A DNA stretch of 499 nt from a phage: the sequence record EF517072.1, one strand, 5' to 3'. Below are positions 1 to 499 of the stretch, piece by piece. Each line of letters opens with the position of its first letter. The first letter of the stretch is position 1. Position numbers and translations under genes: made by a program. The notes under the pieces are model-generated. The model saw nothing but the letters and a program-made list of their open reading frames with translations. It did not search any database and was not told the DNA's origin.

Positions 1-2
1 TT

Positions 3-239
3 CAGGCAATCTTAGAGAAAGATATGCTGCATCTATGTAAGCAGGTCGGCTCAGGTGCGATTGTCCCCAATGGTAAACAGAAGGAAATGATTGTCCAGTT
101 CCTGACACACGGTATGGAAGGATTGATGACATTCGTAGTACGTACATCATTTCGTGAGGCCATTAAGGACATGCACGAAGAGTATGCAGATAAGGACTCT
201 TTCAAACAATCTCCTGCAACAGTACAAGAGGTGTTCTGA
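3..239 (+). CDS. 5.5: Gene 5.5 protein (H-NS-binding host-takeover protein), 5'-truncated by the window edge; C-terminal ~78 codons plus TGA stop
   Basis: Frame 3 is open from the window edge (codons from nt 3: Q-A-I-L-E-K-D, then MLHLCKQVGSGAIVPNGKQKEMIVQFLTHGMEGLMTFVVRTSFREAIKDMHEEYADKDSFKQSPATVQEVF) to TGA at 237-239. The ATG at 24 is therefore internal, not the start. The stop overlaps the ATG of the next gene (TGATG), and the position immediately upstream of the recognisable gene 5.7 and 5.9 matches T7 gene order. Inferred total length of about 99 aa fits T7 gp5.5 if roughly 20 codons lie upstream of the window. Assignment is by synteny and partial sequence recollection. Confidence 0.8.
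   Translation, partial: QAILEKDMLHLCKQVGSGAIVPNGKQKEMIVQFLTHGMEGLMTFVVRTSFREAIKDMHEEYADKDSFKQSPATVQEVF
228..233 (+). promoter_or_regulatory. Ribosome-binding site (Shine-Dalgarno GAGGTG) for gene 5.7, embedded in the 3' end of gene 5.5
   Basis: AAGAGGTG at 226-233 is complementary to the 16S rRNA 3' end, with a 5-nt spacer (ttctg) before ATG 239. Confidence 0.7.
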
Positions 240-448
240 TGTCTGACTACCTGAAAGTGCTGCAAGCAATCAAAAGTTGCCCTAAGACTTTCCAGTCCAA
301 CTATGTACGGAACAATGCGAGCCTCGTAGCGGAGGCCGCTTCCCGTGGTCACATCTCGTGTCTGACTACTAGTGGACGTAACGGTGGCGCTTGGGAAATC
401 ACTGCTTCCGGTACTCGTTTTCTGAAACGAATGGGAGGATGTGTCTAA
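239..448 (+). CDS. 5.7: Gene 5.7 protein, 69 aa; small inhibitor of host sigma-S-containing RNA polymerase
   Basis: Complete ORF from ATG 239 to TAA 446-448, translating to MSDYLKVLQAIKSCPKTFQSNYVRNNASLVAEAASRGHISCLTTSGRNGGAWEITASGTRFLKRMGGCV, which I recognise as T7 gp5.7. A Shine-Dalgarno GAGGTG at 228-233 lies 5 nt upstream of the ATG. The start overlaps the upstream stop and the stop overlaps the downstream start by one nucleotide each. Confidence 0.9.
   Translation: MSDYLKVLQAIKSCPKTFQSNYVRNNASLVAEAASRGHISCLTTSGRNGGAWEITASGTRFLKRMGGCV
433..439 (+). promoter_or_regulatory. Ribosome-binding site (Shine-Dalgarno GGGAGGA) for gene 5.9, embedded in the 3' end of gene 5.7
   Basis: GGGAGGA at 433-439 with an 8-nt spacer (tgtgtcta) before ATG 448. 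The motif also encodes the Gly-Gly of the gp5.7 C-terminus (MGGCV). Confidence 0.75.
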
Positions 449-499
449 TGTCTCGTGACCTTGTAACTATTCCACGCGATGTGTGGAACGATATACAGA
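448..499 (+). CDS. 5.9: Gene 5.9 protein (RecBCD nuclease inhibitor, DNA mimic), 3'-truncated by the window edge; first 17 codons only
   Basis: ATG at 448 followed by an open frame to the window end, translating to MSRDLVTIPRDVWNDIQ, which matches the N-terminus of T7 gp5.9 as I recall it. A strong Shine-Dalgarno GGGAGGA at 433-439 lies 8 nt upstream. The start overlaps the gene 5.7 stop (TAATG). Confidence 0.85.
   Translation, partial: MSRDLVTIPRDVWNDIQ

Noticed and set aside
24-239. ATG at 24 as the start of a 71-aa ORF
   Set aside because: The same frame stays open upstream to the window edge (QAILEKD before the Met) and the expected gene 5.5 product is about 99 aa, so this Met is internal. 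The true start lies upstream of the window.
2-352. 116-aa ORF on the reverse strand (MTTGSGLRYEARIVPYIVGLESLR...)
   Set aside because: It is fully antisense to the recognisable genes 5.5 and 5.7, and T7-like phages are transcribed entirely from one strand. There is no convincing Shine-Dalgarno at its start near 352, its composition looks like a shadow of the sense-strand codons, and it runs off the window edge. Most likely a spurious antisense ORF.
431-448. In-frame ATG at 431 giving a mini-ORF MGGCV
   Set aside because: These are simply the last five codons of gene 5.7. The GGGAGGA that follows serves as the gene 5.9 ribosome-binding site, not as part of an independent gene.
1-499. Search for a T7 RNA polymerase promoter (TAATACGACTCACTATAGGGAGA-like), an RNase III processing hairpin or an intrinsic terminator
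   Set aside because: No 23-bp T7 promoter consensus or close variant is present on either strand, and there is no GC-rich hairpin followed by a U-tract. The window appears to be purely coding with embedded ribosome-binding sites.
1-499. Novel defence or anti-defence system, CRISPR array or mobile element
   Set aside because: There are no repeat-spacer arrays, no inverted terminal repeats and no transposase- or integrase-like ORFs. All coding capacity is accounted for by known T7 genes, so calling anything novel would be unsupported.

Overview
This window is best explained as a well-characterised stretch of a T7-like coliphage (Teseptimavirus) class II early/middle region, not a new system. 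It holds three tightly packed same-strand (+) small genes: the 3' part of gene 5.5 (H-NS-binding protein), the complete gene 5.7 (69 aa, inhibitor of sigma-S RNA polymerase) and the first 17 codons of gene 5.9 (RecBCD inhibitor). The identification rests on my recognition of the translated sequences (gp5.7 MSDYLKVLQAIKSCPKTFQSNYVRNN..., gp5.9 MSRDLVTIPRDVWNDIQ...) and on the gene order and the single-nucleotide stop/start overlaps (TGATG, TAATG); no database search was run. Both downstream genes have Shine-Dalgarno motifs at proper spacing. The 116-aa reverse-strand ORF is most likely an antisense artefact. I see no promoter, terminator, RNA gene, CRISPR array or mobile element. The points worth a second look are the anti-host function of the cassette, the reported 5.5-5.7 fusion product, and a short 11-bp direct repeat.
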